A stretch of 63,801 nucleotides of DNA, filler included, from Licmophora abbreviata (GCA_900291995.1; 26 parts of 26 records of this genome joined end to end with filler, not necessarily neighbours in it); one strand, 5' to 3'. Shown: positions 28,358-40,388, numbered from the whole stretch's first letter. Translations and numbers: made by a program. The notes: generated by a model from the sequence alone, not told the origin.

Positions 28358-29284
28358 TTACTTGCGCAGCTTGAGGGTAAAGAGACCCTGCGGGCGGATC
28401 ATCAGGATGCCGACGACCGTCAGAAGGGTGAGAACCTTGGCCATCGAGCCGGAGAGGAAGAACTCCATGATCGACTGGGCCTGGCTGATGGAAAACGCAC
28501 TGGCGATAGTGCCCAGAAGGCTGCCGGCGCCGCCGAAGACCACCACAAGGAAGGTGTCGACAATGTAAAGCTGGCCCGCTGTCGGACCGGTCGAGCCGAT
28601 CATCGTGAAGGCCGACCCGGCCACACCCGCCACACCGCAGCCGATCCCGAAGGTCAGTCTGTCGGTCCAGGCGGTGTTGATGCCCACGGCATCGGCCATC
28701 ACCCGGTTCTGGTTGATCGCGCGCACCTGCTTGCCCCAGTTGGAGCGATACATCATGATCCAGACGCCAAAGCTGATCGTGACAGCGAGGATCATCACGA
28801 AAATTCCGTTGATCGGCACTTCGATCATGTCGGTCAGCGGAAGTGAGCCCATCATCCAGTCAGGGATCGACACGCCCACCTCGCGCGCGCCAAAGACGCT
28901 GCGATAGATCTGCTGCAGAATGAGGCTCAGTCCCCAAGTTGCCAGCAACGTGTCGAGCGGCCGTTTGTAGAGATGGCGTATCAGCGCCCATTCGACAAAA
29001 AGCCCGAGCGCGCCCGAGGCCAGGAATGCAAATATCATCGCCACAAAGAAATACATCCCGAACAAGGCGGGCATGTAATCGGCGAAGATATTGGACATGA
29101 TGTAGGTGACATAGGCTCCGAGGATCATGAATTCGCCATGCGCCATGTTGATGACGCCCATCTGCCCGAAGATGATGGCAAGCCCGAGCGCCATGAGCAC
29201 GAAGACGGAAAAGAGAATGAGCCCGGCGAACCCCTGCATCGCAAAAATCGCGCCCAGCTCGGACATGGAATAATCGGCAAACAT
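28358..29284 (-). CDS. urtB: Urea ABC transporter permease UrtB
   Basis: GQMGVINMAHGEF, RPLDTLLATWGLSL, FLVVVFGG. Confidence 0.94.
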   Translation of the reverse strand: MFADYSMSELGAIFAMQGFAGLILFSVFVLMALGLAIIFGQMGVINMAHGEFMILGAYVTYIMSNIFADYMPALFGMYFFVAMIFAFLASGALGLFVEWALIRHLYKRPLDTLLATWGLSLILQQIYRSVFGAREVGVSIPDWMMGSLPLTDMIEVPINGIFVMILAVTISFGVWIMMYRSNWGKQVRAINQNRVMADAVGINTAWTDRLTFGIGCGVAGVAGSAFTMIGSTGPTAGQLYIVDTFLVVVFGGAGSLLGTIASAFSISQAQSIMEFFLSGSMAKVLTLLTVVGILMIRPQGLFTLKLRK

Positions 29285-29368
29285 GCGTGCCTCCGACGGT
29301 CGGTTGAAAGGGGGAAAGATGCGCGGCCCGGACAATGGAACCCGGACCGCGCGGGGAGTAATCCCTCG

Positions 29369-30640
29369 TTACTGGTAGCCTTCCGGGAAGGGGTTCGGCT
29401 CGACCAGTTCGGCCGTCTCAAAGACCACCTCGTACTGACCGTCCGCCTGTGCGCGGCCAACGCGGGTCTTTGACCACAGGTGGTGGTTTTCATGCACCTT
29501 CACATAGCCTTCGGGCGCCGAGGTGAGCTCGATCCCCGGGCTTGCGGCACGTACCTTGTCGACATCGAAGCTGCCAGCGGCCTCAACGGCGGCTTTCCAC
29601 AGCCACGGACCCAGATAGGCGGCCTGCGTCACATCGCCGATCACAATGTCGTCGCCCCACATCTCCTTGAATGCCTTGACGAATTCGATGTTGTTGGGGT
29701 TGTCGAGCGACTGGAAGTATTTCATGCAGGCATAGGCGCCTTCGATATTCTCGCCGCCGATGCCGCGGATCTCGTCCTCGGTCACCGAGATCGTCAGCAG
29801 CAGGGGGGCTTCTTCGGTCAGGTCGATGCCGGCCGCCTTCAGCTGCTTGTAGAAGGCCACGTTCGAACCGCCCACGACGATCGCATAGATCACGTCTGGC
29901 TTGCGCAGGCGGATCTTGTTGATGACCGAGTTGAACTGCGTGTGGCCAAGCGGGTAATATTCCTCGCCGACAACTTCACAGCCGTCCATGAAGTTCTCGA
30001 TATGCTTGCGGGCAATCTTGTTCGAGGTGCGCGGCCAGATGTAATCGGACCCCAGCAGATAGAACGACTTCGCGCCCTTGGTCTGGTTGACCCAGTCGAG
30101 CCCGGCGATGATCTGCTGGGTGGCTTCCTGACCTGTGTAGATGACGTTGGGGCTTTGCTCGAGACCCTCGTAGAAGGTCGGGTAGTATAGGAACCCGTTA
30201 TGCTGCTCGAACACCGGCAGCACGGCTTTGCGGCTGGCCGAGGTCCAGCAGCCCATGACCGACGCGACCTTGTCGTTGACCAGAAGCTTGCGGGCCTTTT
30301 CCGCGAAAGTCGGCCAATCCGAGGCGCCGTCTTCCTGGATATACTCGATCTTGCGGCCAAGGATGCCGCCCTGGGCGTTGATCTGCTCGATCGCCAGTTT
30401 CTCGGCCTGAACCGATCCTGTTTCCGAGATCGCCATCGTGCCTGTGACAGAATGAAGAATGCCGATCGTCACGGTGTCGTCGGTCACCGCAAGGCCGGTG
30501 GTGTTCACCGCGGATGTAGGAAAATCCGAGGCTTTGAGGCCTTTGGGCATGAACAGCGAGGCAGTCAGCGCCGTACCGCCGGCAAGGACCGCGCGGCGCG
30601 ACACGCCATTGGATTTCGGGGTGGAATTCTCTTCAGACAT
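29369..30640 (-). CDS. urtA: Urea ABC transporter substrate-binding protein UrtA, Tat-type signal
   Basis: SRRAVL twin-arginine; LHSVTGTMAISE, EDGASDWPTFAEKA, GCWTSASRKAV, FYEGLE. Confidence 0.95.
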   Translation of the reverse strand: MSEENSTPKSNGVSRRAVLAGGTALTASLFMPKGLKASDFPTSAVNTTGLAVTDDTVTIGILHSVTGTMAISETGSVQAEKLAIEQINAQGGILGRKIEYIQEDGASDWPTFAEKARKLLVNDKVASVMGCWTSASRKAVLPVFEQHNGFLYYPTFYEGLEQSPNVIYTGQEATQQIIAGLDWVNQTKGAKSFYLLGSDYIWPRTSNKIARKHIENFMDGCEVVGEEYYPLGHTQFNSVINKIRLRKPDVIYAIVVGGSNVAFYKQLKAAGIDLTEEAPLLLTISVTEDEIRGIGGENIEGAYACMKYFQSLDNPNNIEFVKAFKEMWGDDIVIGDVTQAAYLGPWLWKAAVEAAGSFDVDKVRAASPGIELTSAPEGYVKVHENHHLWSKTRVGRAQADGQYEVVFETAELVEPNPFPEGYQ

Positions 30641-30727
30641 GGTGGCTCCTTTTCGGGTGATAAATTTTTGGGCGATTGCCTTGATGCCCGCTTGTGAAAA
30701 GGATGTCGTGAAATGCTGCAGTGCAGT

Positions 30728-30745
30728 ATACGTCGAATGACGTAT
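30728..30745. promoter_or_regulatory. Palindrome, candidate response-regulator site upstream of urtA
   Basis: ATACGTC-GAAT-GACGTAT, perfect 7-4-7 inverted repeat between divergent urtA and the kinase gene. Confidence 0.5.
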
Positions 30746-30865
30746 TCCAGTGCGCGTTTCGAGCAGTATCCTCAACCCCGCGAACAGAAGCGGTAAAACC
30801 AACTGACCCATCGGGCATCAGGGTAGGCGCGCCGCAAAAAACCAGAGCGGCGGAAGGCTCCGAGG

Positions 30866-33800
30866 ATGGTCACGGCACTGAAGGCCACGCGCGAAAAGCG
30901 CACCTATAATCGTTGGGTGGCCAATGAGACGATGGAAGATTTCGCCCTGCGCTTCACCGCGCGGCGGGCCCGTCGCTGGAGCTATGCAAGGGTCGCCAAT
31001 ACGGCGATCGGCTCGATCTCGTTTCTGGCGCTCGAAGCGATCGGCGCGACCATCACGGTCACGTACGGGTTCGACATCGCCATCGCCGCGATCATGCTTG
31101 TGGGGGCGATCCTTTTTCTGACCAGTTTGCCGATCTCCTATTATGCGGCGCGGCATGGTCTGGATATCGACCTGCTGACCCGGGGGGCCGGCTTCGGATA
31201 TCTGGGATCGACCATCACATCGCTAATCTATGCCTCTTTCACCTTCATCTTTTTCGCGCTCGAGGCGGCGATCCTCGCGCTGGCGCTGGAGTTCTGTCTC
31301 GGGATACCGCTTTTCCTTGGCTATGTGGGCAGTTCGCTGATCGTGATCCCTCTGGTCATCCACGGGTTTTCAAAGATCTCCACCTTCCAGACATGGACCC
31401 AGCCCTTATGGGTCCTGCTGCATATCCTGCCCTTCGTTCTGCTGGCTCTGGTCGGTTATGATATCGACGGCTGGACCAGCTTTGCAGGCGCCTCCGACGT
31501 GCCCGACAGCTCACGGCTTTTGATGTTGGGCGCGGCGTCGGGGGTGATCTTCTCGCTGATCGCGCAAATCGGCGAGCAGGTCGATTTCCTGCGCTTTCTG
31601 CCGGAACCGCGCAGCCCTCAGGAGCGGCGCAAGTGGTGGCTGGCCTTGATCGCGGCAGGGCCGGGCTGGTCGATCCTCGGCGTCGTCAAGATGGTGGCGG
31701 GCTCGTATCTGGTGACGCTTGCCTTGCGCGATTCCGTCCCTGTCGATGAAGCCACGGATCCGACGCGCATGTATTACGTCGCTTTCGATCAAGTCCTCGA
31801 TGCGCCCGGTGTCATCCTCGCGCTGACCGGTGTGTTCGTGATCCTGTCGCAGCTCAAGATCAACGTGACCAACGCCTATGCCGGATCAATTGCATGGTCG
31901 AACTTTTTCTCCCGACTGACCCAAAGCCATCCGGGGCGTGTGGTCTGGCTGGTGTTCAACGTGGCTATTGCGCTGATGCTGATGGAGTTGGGGGTGTTTC
32001 GCGGTCTGGAACATATCCTGTCGCTCTATTCCCATGTTGCCGTGGCCTGGATCGGGGCGCTGGTGGCCGATCTGGTGGTCAACAAGCCCCTTGGGCTCAG
32101 CCCCAAGGGGATCGAGTTTCGCAGATCGCATCTTTACGATGTGAACCCGGTCGGCATCGGGTCTATGATCTGCGCCTGTATCCTGTCGCTGGTGGCGTTC
32201 TCGGGCCTGTTGGGTGCTGGGGCGCAGGCGTTTTCGTCCTTCATCGCGCTTGGCACCGCTTTCGTGCTCGCGCCAGTGATCGCCTTTGCCACGGGTGGGA
32301 AATATTACCTTGCCCGCGTTGACGACGAACCGCGTCCCAAGGGCCTGCAGCAGTGCCGGGTCTGCGAATACCGGTTCGATGCCGAAGACATGAGCGACTG
32401 TCCCTTTCATCAAGGAGCGATCTGTTCGCTGTGCTGTACGCTGGATACGGCCTGCCATGATCATTGCAAGCCCCATGCCCGGCTGGACAATTCCGTGCGC
32501 GACGTGCTCGACCGCAGATTTTCGCCTCGGGTCGCCAAGGCGCTCATGTCGCGCATGTCGCGGTTCCTGATCTGGACGTTGGTTCTGTCCGGCGCGTTCG
32601 GTGCCTTGCTGGTGGCCATCCGCTCGGTTTCGGGCGCGCAGAACTTCGATGCGATCCTGACGATCATCTTCGGGACGGTCCTGATCGGGATCGGGATTTT
32701 CGTCTGGATGTTCATTCTGATCGGAGAAAGCCAGCAAAACGCTCGTGCCGAAGCCAAACGCCAGACGGATCGCCTGCTCAAGGAAATCCGCGCCCATGAT
32801 CGCACCGACCGCGCCCTGCAAGAGGCCAAGGAAAAAGCCGAGGCCGCCAATCTTGCCAAGACACGCTACATGACCGGCCTCAGCCATGAATTGCGCACGC
32901 CGCTCAATGCAATCTACGGCTTTGCGCAATTGTTGGAGAAAGATCCGGGCCTTGCGCCCTGGCGTCCGTCGATCACCAGCATCCGGCGCTCGAGCGAGCA
33001 TCTCGCCGGTCTGATCGAGGGGCTTCTGGACATCTCCCGGATCGAGGCAGGGCGGCTCGACCTCACCCGTGACCGGGTCAATCTGCGCATGTTCCTCAAG
33101 CAGGTGGCGTCGATTTTTCAGGACGAGGCGCGCAAGAAGGGCATCGACTTCAGGGTGACGACCCATGGCTTTCTGCCGACATTGGTGGGAACCGATGAAA
33201 AGCGGTTGCGGCAGATCATCATCAATCTTTTGTCCAACGCGATCCGCTATACCGATAGCGGTGTCGTGAGCTTCGATCTGACCTATCGCAACGAAGTGGC
33301 GATCATCACGGTCTCCGATACCGGGATCGGCATATCCCCCGATAACATGACCCGCATCTGGCGCCCCTTCGAGCGTGCAGGCCAGACCAGCGGCCCGGGA
33401 TCGGGGCTGGGACTGACGATCACGAAACTGCTGGTCGAAATTCTGGGCGGCGATATCGACGTCACCAGCGCGCCGGGGCAGGGCAGCACCTTTCGGGTGC
33501 GCATGATGCTGCCGTCGATCTTGCCAAGCGTGTTCGATGGCAACGACGTGGCCGCCGATGCCCCCTCGCTTCCGGTGATCGGATATGAGGGGCAACGCAA
33601 GACCGTCCTTGTGGTGGATGACGATCTCGATCATCTGGCGCTCGCCGAAAGCTATCTGAGCCGGCTTGNNNNNNNNNNNNNNNNNNNNNNNNNNNNNNNN
33701 NNNNNNNNNNNNTTAATTAATTAANNNNNNNNNNNNNNNNNNNNNNNNNNNNNNNNNNNNNNNNNNNNGGCGCCCGATATGTTCTTGCTGGACATCGACA

Positions 33801-34234
33801 TGCCCGATCAGGATGGCTGGTCTCTGGCACGGGAGTTGCGCGACGGCCCGCATCGCAACATCCCGATCGTCATGGTCTCGGGCCACGCCAATGACGAGGG
33901 GCGCGGCAGCTTCGATACAGGATTGCACGACGCCTTCATCGCCAAGCCGTACAATCTCGATGATCTGCTGCTTCAGATCGCCGAGTTGCTGAAGATCAAG
34001 TTGATCCTGGAAGATCAGGATTCTGACACCGAACACACCTTCAAGCCCCTCTCCATGTCGGATCGGGAGACGCTGATCTCCAATGCGCTGATCGGTCATG
34101 CCAGTGCCTTGCGCAGCAAGCTGGCGGAATTGAAGCTGACCCGGTCAGCCCCGCCCGAGCTATTGCAAGCGCTGCAGGACCGTATGGACGTCTTCGATCT
34201 GGAGGGGATCGTGACATATTTGGAAGAGGCGTGA
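30866..34234 (+). CDS. Hybrid histidine kinase with N-terminal permease-like domain and C-terminal receiver (split by a linker)
   Basis: Multi-TM N-terminus; Cys-rich linker; SHELRTPLN, NLLSNAIRYT, DTGIG, GSGLGL; receiver VVDDD...LLDIDMP. Confidence 0.92.
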
Positions 34235-34235
34235 C

Positions 34236-35135
34236 ATGAACCCCAGTGACTTTGAGGCCCGTAGCATCGCGCTGGTGGTGGATGATAACCCGGAATCGCT
34301 CGGGATGGTCTCCGCGGCACTGGAAAGCCATGGCATGACAGTGCTTGTGGCGCGCGACGGGCGGTCCGCGATCAATCTGACGCACAGGGTGCAGCCCGAT
34401 GTGATCCTGATGGATGCGATGATGCCCGAGATGGATGGATTCGAGACCTGCCGCGCGCTCAAGTTCGGGCCAAATCCAGTCTTGGCTCCGATCATCTTCA
34501 TGACCGGGCTCAGCGATCAGGAACATATCGTGAAAGGGCTGCGTGCAGGGGGTGTTGATTACATCACCAAACCCGTCGAGCTGGATGAGATGATTGCGCG
34601 GCTGAGCACGCATATCGTCAATTCCAAGCTCATTCAAAGCGCGCGTGATGCGCTGGATTCCTGTGGCAGGGCCATTCTTGCCTTCGATCAGCAGGGTGAG
34701 CTGGCCTGGGGCTCGCAAAAGGCGCTTGGCTATTTTTCATCTATCGCGGGCGATATCCCCATGACCGAGCTCAAGGGATGGATCGCGGGCTGCGTCGAAA
34801 ATCCCCTGTCCGCCATCGCGCCATACGCGCACGGGGCGACGAGTTTTCATTTCGTGGGCGTTTCGATCGCCCGCGATTATCTGGTCAAGATCACCCTGCT
34901 CGAGGGTGCCAGCAACGAAGAGAAGCTGCCCGCGGCCTTCGATCTGACAGCGCGTGAATCCGAAGTGTTGTTCTGGTTGACCCTTGGCAAGACCAATCGC
35001 GACATCAGCGCAATTCTCGATCTGAGTGCGCGAACGGTCAACAAGCACCTCGAACAGGTGTTCCAGAAGATGGGGGTCGATAACAGAACCTCCGCCGCCG
35101 TTCTGGCGGATCGTGTTCTGGCGCGTGAAGGCTAA
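34236..35135 (+). CDS. Response regulator, REC plus LuxR-type HTH
   Basis: VVDDNP, LMDAMMP, DYITKP; LTARESEVL..GKTNRDIS..RTVNKHL. Confidence 0.93.
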   Translation: MNPSDFEARSIALVVDDNPESLGMVSAALESHGMTVLVARDGRSAINLTHRVQPDVILMDAMMPEMDGFETCRALKFGPNPVLAPIIFMTGLSDQEHIVKGLRAGGVDYITKPVELDEMIARLSTHIVNSKLIQSARDALDSCGRAILAFDQQGELAWGSQKALGYFSSIAGDIPMTELKGWIAGCVENPLSAIAPYAHGATSFHFVGVSIARDYLVKITLLEGASNEEKLPAAFDLTARESEVLFWLTLGKTNRDISAILDLSARTVNKHLEQVFQKMGVDNRTSAAVLADRVLAREG

Positions 35136-35136
35136 A

Positions 35137-35179
35137 GCGTTCCGCCTTTGACCTGAGGCATCAGCTAAAGGCGGAACGC
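35137..35179 (+). terminator. Hairpin after the response regulator
   Basis: GCGTTCCGCCTTT...AAAGGCGGAACGC, 13-bp stem between convergent genes. Confidence 0.55.
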
Positions 35180-35369
35180 GCGCAACGATTGAACGGAACA
35201 CTGCATTTCGCGAAAATCTGTGAGTCAGGTTTTTCGCGAAACGCTTTAAAGCCTGACAGTGTTCTTACGGATCGTCCTGTCCGGACCGATCATCTCGAAC
35301 ACCTTGACCCGACCGATCCGCGATAGGCGAGGGCAGGGCGCCAAACCCCGTTCTGCGCCCGCAATCCGC

Positions 35370-37224
35370 TCATGCAGCCCCGCGGTTCCAGTCGGTGCCG
35401 GGCACGGCGGCCAACAGGTTGCGGGTATACTCGGCCTTCGGGTTGAGAAACACCTCGGCCACCGGCCCGATTTCCACCAGCTTGCCGCGTTGCATCACCG
35501 CCACCCTGTCACAAAGCTGTGCGGCCACCCGCATGTCATGGGTGATGAACATCAGCGACAGATGCAGCCGCTTTTGCAGATCGCGCAGCAATNNNNNNNN
35601 NNNNNNNNNNNNNNNNNNNNNNNNNNNNNNNNNNNNTTAATTAATTAANNNNNNNNNNNNNNNNNNNNNNNNNNNNNNNNNNNNNNNNNNNNCGCGCAGC
35701 AATTCCAGCACCTGCGCCTGGATCGACACATCCAGCGCCGACACCGCCTCGTCGGCGATGATCAGGTCCGGGTCCATCGCCAGCGCGCGCGCGATGCCGA
35801 TACGCTGCCGCTGGCCGCCGGAAAACTCATGCGGATAGCGGTCTGCGGCGCCGGCATCCAGCTCCACGATCTCCAGCAATTCGCGGGCGCGCGCATGGGC
35901 CTTGTCGCGCGAAACACCTTGCACGATTGGCCCTTCGCAAAGCGCGTGCAGAATGGTCTTGCGCGGATTGAGCGAGGCATAAGGATCCTGAAAGATCATC
36001 TGCACCCGCCTGCGCGCGCGGCGCAGCTCATCGGCGCTCAGGGCTGTCATGTTCTGCCCGTCCAGCAGGATTTCGCCCGAATCCGCCTCGACCAGCCGCA
36101 CGATGGCGCGGCCCACGGTGGATTTTCCCGACCCGGATTCGCCCACGATCCCCAGCACCTCGCCGCGCGCGATGCTGAACGACACATCGTCGATCGCTGT
36201 CACGCTGCGCTTGGGCCGAAAGAGCCCGCCCGAGGTGACAAAGGTCTTGCGCAGATTGCGCACCTCCAGCACCGCCGGACCCGAGACCGGCTCGGGGCTT
36301 GGCACGTGATCCGACGGGATCGCCTCCAGCAGCGCCTTGGTATAGGCGTGCTTCGGCGTCTTCAGCACGTCGGCGACCGGCCCCTGTTCCACGATCTCGC
36401 CATAGCGCATCACGATCACGCGGTCGGCGATTTCCGCCACCACGCCGAAATCATGGGTGATGAACATCACCGACATGCCGTGCCGATGCTGGATCGTCTT
36501 GATAAGCTCCAGTATCTGCGCCTGCGTGGTCACATCCAACGCCGTGGTCGGTTCGTCCGCGATCAGGATCGCGGGGTCCAGCGCCAGCGCCATGGCGATC
36601 ATGGCCCGCTGCCTTTGCCCGCCCGACAACTGGAAGGGATAGGCGCGGATGATCTTTTCAGGATCGGGAAGCCCGACCTCCTTTATCAGCGCAAGCGCCT
36701 TGTCGCGCCGCTCGGACGGGGTATGACGGTTATGGGCCTCGTAGACTTCGGCGATCTGATCGCCGATGCGCATCAGCGGGTTGAGCGCGGTCATCGGTTC
36801 CTGAAAGATCATTCCGATCCGGTCGCCGCGCAGCTTGCGCCGCTCGTGATCGGGCAGGGCAAGCATGTCGCGCCCCTCGAAATGGGCGGTGCCGCGCGCC
36901 ACCTCCACCTGATCCGGCAAGAGCCCCATCAGCGCATTGGCGGTCATCGACTTGCCAGACCCGGATTCGCCCACCACACAGAGGATCTCTCCTGCATTGA
37001 GATCGAAGCCGATATTCTGCACCGCATAGTCGCGGTCCGCACCGCGCGGCAAGGAAATCGCCAGATCGCGGATTTNNNNNNNNNNNNNNNNNNNNNNNNN
37101 NNNNNNNNNNNNNNNNNNNTTAATTAATTAANNNNNNNNNNNNNNNNNNNNNNNNNNNNNNNNNNNNNNNNNNNNCGCGCGGCAAGGAAATCGCCAGATC
37201 GCGGATTTTCAGGACAGGCTCCAT
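35370..37224 (-). CDS. Peptide/nickel-type ABC ATP-binding protein, two NBDs (split by two linkers)
   Basis: Two GESGSGKS Walker A motifs; LSGGQRQR and FSGGQRQR; ADEPTTALD. Confidence 0.93.
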
Positions 37225-37225
37225 C

Positions 37226-38065
37226 TCAGCGTCCCTTTCTGGCTAGTCGCGGATTGAGCGCATCGTTCAGCCCCTCACCGATCAGGTTCAGTGCCAGCAC
37301 CGTCAAGAGGATCGCCACACCGGGAATGAAACTCAGCCACCATGCGCTGCGGATCACGGTGCGCGCGGCCCCGATCATGTACCCCCAGCTCATGATATTG
37401 GGATCGCCCAGACCAAGAAACGACAACGAGCTTTCCAGCAATATCGCCGTGGCCACCATCAACGAGGCCATCACGATGATCGGTGACATCGCATTGGGAA
37501 GGATATGCCCGAACAGGATGCGCGTGTTCGACAGCCCCGCCAGTCTTGCGGCATCGACAAATTCGCGCTTGCGCAGCGACAGCACCTCGGCCCGCACAAG
37601 CCGGGCGACGGGTGGCCAGCTGACAATGGCGATGGCCAGAGTGATCGTCGGCAGGGTCGGCTCCATGATCGCCACCAGCACGATCGCCAGTGCGAAATTC
37701 GGGATCGTCTGGAAAAACTCTGTAAAGCGCATCGCGCCATCATCGACCAGACCGCCATAAAAGCCGGCAAACGCCCCAAGCGGCACACCGATCAGCAGCG
37801 CCACCAGTGTCGACACGAGCCCAACGATCAGCGACACGCGCGCGCCATGCACCAGCCCCGAGGCGACATCGCGCCCCAGCGTGTCGGTACCAAGCGGGAA
37901 TCCGTCCACGCTGAACGGTGGCAGGAACGGGCGTTGGACCATCTTCCAGGGGCTCTCGGGATACAGCAGCGGCGCCAGCACCGCCAGCAGCGCCACCGTA
38001 ATCAGGATCACCGCCCCGATCACGGCGCCCCGGTTGCGCGAAAACCGTTTGAGGAAATCCATCAT
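37226..38065 (-). CDS. Peptide ABC permease (DppC/OppC-like)
   Basis: LGTDTLGRD, EFVDAARLAG, SLSFLGLG. Confidence 0.93.
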   Translation of the reverse strand: MMDFLKRFSRNRGAVIGAVILITVALLAVLAPLLYPESPWKMVQRPFLPPFSVDGFPLGTDTLGRDVASGLVHGARVSLIVGLVSTLVALLIGVPLGAFAGFYGGLVDDGAMRFTEFFQTIPNFALAIVLVAIMEPTLPTITLAIAIVSWPPVARLVRAEVLSLRKREFVDAARLAGLSNTRILFGHILPNAMSPIIVMASLMVATAILLESSLSFLGLGDPNIMSWGYMIGAARTVIRSAWWLSFIPGVAILLTVLALNLIGEGLNDALNPRLARKGR

Positions 38066-38075
38066 GCCTGCCTCC

Positions 38076-39041
38076 TCATATCCGCGGATCGATCAGCCGA
38101 TAGACGATATCGGTGATGATGTTGAAGGCGATGACCATCGCCGCCGACACAAGAAACACCCCCAGAAGCGTGTTGTAATCCCGTGCCGTCAGGCTTTCGA
38201 ACATCAGCCGCCCGATACCGGGCCAGGCAAAGACCGTCTCGGTCAGAACCGCGCCACCCACCAGCTGCCCCGCCTGCAGACCCGCCAGCGTGACCACCGG
38301 CAACAGCGCGTTGCGCAGGATATGACGCCGCCGGATCACCCCTTCGCCAAGGCCTTTGGCGCGGGCGGTCTTGACGAAATCCATCTGGCTCACCTCCAGC
38401 ACCGAGGATCGCGTCATCCGCAGATAGACCGCCATGAAGAACAGCCCAAGCGTCAGCGCTGGCAGGAACAGGTGCCGCAACCGGTCCAGCACCAGATCGA
38501 GCCCAGTCAGATCGGCGCCCACCGTCCCATAGCCGAAGGCCGGAAACCAACCGAGCTTGACGGAAAACAGGACCACCGCCATCAGCGCGACCCAGAACAG
38601 CGGCGTGGCATAAAACAGCAGCGCAATCGAGGTGATCGCCGAATCCCCCCAACGGCCCTGCCGTGCCGCAGCCGCCAGACCGAACACGATCCCCAACAGC
38701 AGCGACATGCCGAACGCCGTGAGCGTCAGAAGCAGAGTCGCGGGCAGCCGGTCAAGGATCAGGTCCAGCACCGGCATCTGCTGACGGTAGGAATATCCCA
38801 GATCCAGCTGCACCACCCCCGAGACATAATTCCAGAACTGCACATAAAGCGGCTGGTCCAGCCCGAACCGCTCGCGCAATTGGGCGATGAATTGCTCATC
38901 GGCAGCCCCTGCCTCGCCCGCCATGACCATCGCCGGATCGCCGGGGGCGGCATGAATGAGAAAGAAATTCAGAACGACGATCAGCAACAGCGTGACCGCC
39001 GCCTTTGCGGCACGCCCGAAAATGGCGGAGAGAAGTGTCAT
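38076..39041 (-). CDS. Peptide ABC permease (DppB/OppB-like)
   Basis: PGDPA, GLDQPLYVQ, TARAKGL, ETVFAWPGIG, DPRI. Confidence 0.94.
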   Translation of the reverse strand: MTLLSAIFGRAAKAAVTLLLIVVLNFFLIHAAPGDPAMVMAGEAGAADEQFIAQLRERFGLDQPLYVQFWNYVSGVVQLDLGYSYRQQMPVLDLILDRLPATLLLTLTAFGMSLLLGIVFGLAAAARQGRWGDSAITSIALLFYATPLFWVALMAVVLFSVKLGWFPAFGYGTVGADLTGLDLVLDRLRHLFLPALTLGLFFMAVYLRMTRSSVLEVSQMDFVKTARAKGLGEGVIRRRHILRNALLPVVTLAGLQAGQLVGGAVLTETVFAWPGIGRLMFESLTARDYNTLLGVFLVSAAMVIAFNIITDIVYRLIDPRI

Positions 39042-39132
39042 GTGATCGTTCTGCCCGGATATCTGGAATGGTCAGGACGCAAAGACGGCCAGCCCGGTAT
39101 CTTCCGGACCGGCCGCCCTGTCGGCAAGGGGC

Positions 39133-40127
39133 TTACTTCTCGATCCACGCGTCGCGCAGACCGTCATTGATGCCGATCGCGGTGGTCACAAGGTCCTTGA
39201 CCTCGCAGCGGTAGATCGTCGGAAACTCGATCTCCAGAAGCCATGCCACGGGCACGTCATCGACCAGCGTCTGCTGGATCTCGGTATAGATCTCCTGACG
39301 CGCCTCCGGGGTGGCGGCGACGGCGGCCTCGGCGAACATCGCGTCGACCTCTTCATTGGCATAGCCCGCAACGTTGTTCCACGGGCTGCCCTTGGCGATG
39401 TTGGTGGACAGATAGCTGCGCGCCACGCCGAGGGCCGGATCGCCATACTGGTAGAGATAAGTGAAGGCGATGTCGAAATCCCATTCGGCCTGTTTCTGGT
39501 TCCAGCCAGCCACGTCGGTGGCCACGACCTCGGCATTGATGCCCACCTCGGACAGGTTCTGCTTCATCGCCTCGGCCCACCGCTGCCAGGTTTCGCCATA
39601 GGGCAGGGGCAGGATGCGCACCGGTTCTCCGTCATAGCCCATCTCGGCCAGCAATTCGCGGGCCTTGTCGGGATCGGTGTCATACATGATCGTGTCGTCG
39701 GTATAGAAATTGGTCTTGGACGACACCGGGCTGGTGGCGACCTTGCCGAACCCGTTCCAGATCACATCCTTCACGAATTCGCGGTCCATGGCATACATCA
39801 CCGNNNNNNNNNNNNNNNNNNNNNNNNNNNNNNNNNNNNNNNNNNNNTTAATTAATTAANNNNNNNNNNNNNNNNNNNNNNNNNNNNNNNNNNNNNNNNN
39901 NNNGATTTCGCCAGCGACGGCTGCGGGTTCAGATCGGTGTCATAGCGCAAGAGGCTTTCATAGATGTCCCCGGCAACTAGCTGGGTGGGGCCGTTCTGTA
40001 CAAGCCCCAGCATCAGGCTGGGCGGCTCAGGCTGCACGACGATGTCAAGCCGACCGCCCGCGTCCTGCGCGATTGCGGGCACGGCCAGACCCATGGTCAG
40101 GATCGACGTGGTAAAAATCTTCTTCAT
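39133..40127 (-). CDS. Peptide ABC substrate-binding protein, family 5 (middle in gap)
   Basis: Signal peptide MKKIF...AIA; IYESLL..D..LNPQPSLA; YAMDRE; IQQTLVDDVP. Confidence 0.9.
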
Positions 40128-40388
40128 CTGTGGCTCCCTGTTGAAGGTCTGCTTCGGGTGCAGTCTCGCCCGTGGTTTCGACACCGGCGCCGCCCCCTCG
40201 GCCTTGGTCCTTGCGTCACGCGCGCCCGGTGGATTTTTCACCCTTCGGCGCGGTCCGGCGATGTTTGCCCTTGATCCCCGCAAGCGAGGGTCGATAGGGC
40301 AATACGCATAGGGTCAGTTCAGCTTCTGGCCCTCACGGAGTCAAGGCAAATTGTCGACAGACGACAATTTCAGGGATAGCTTGCGACC

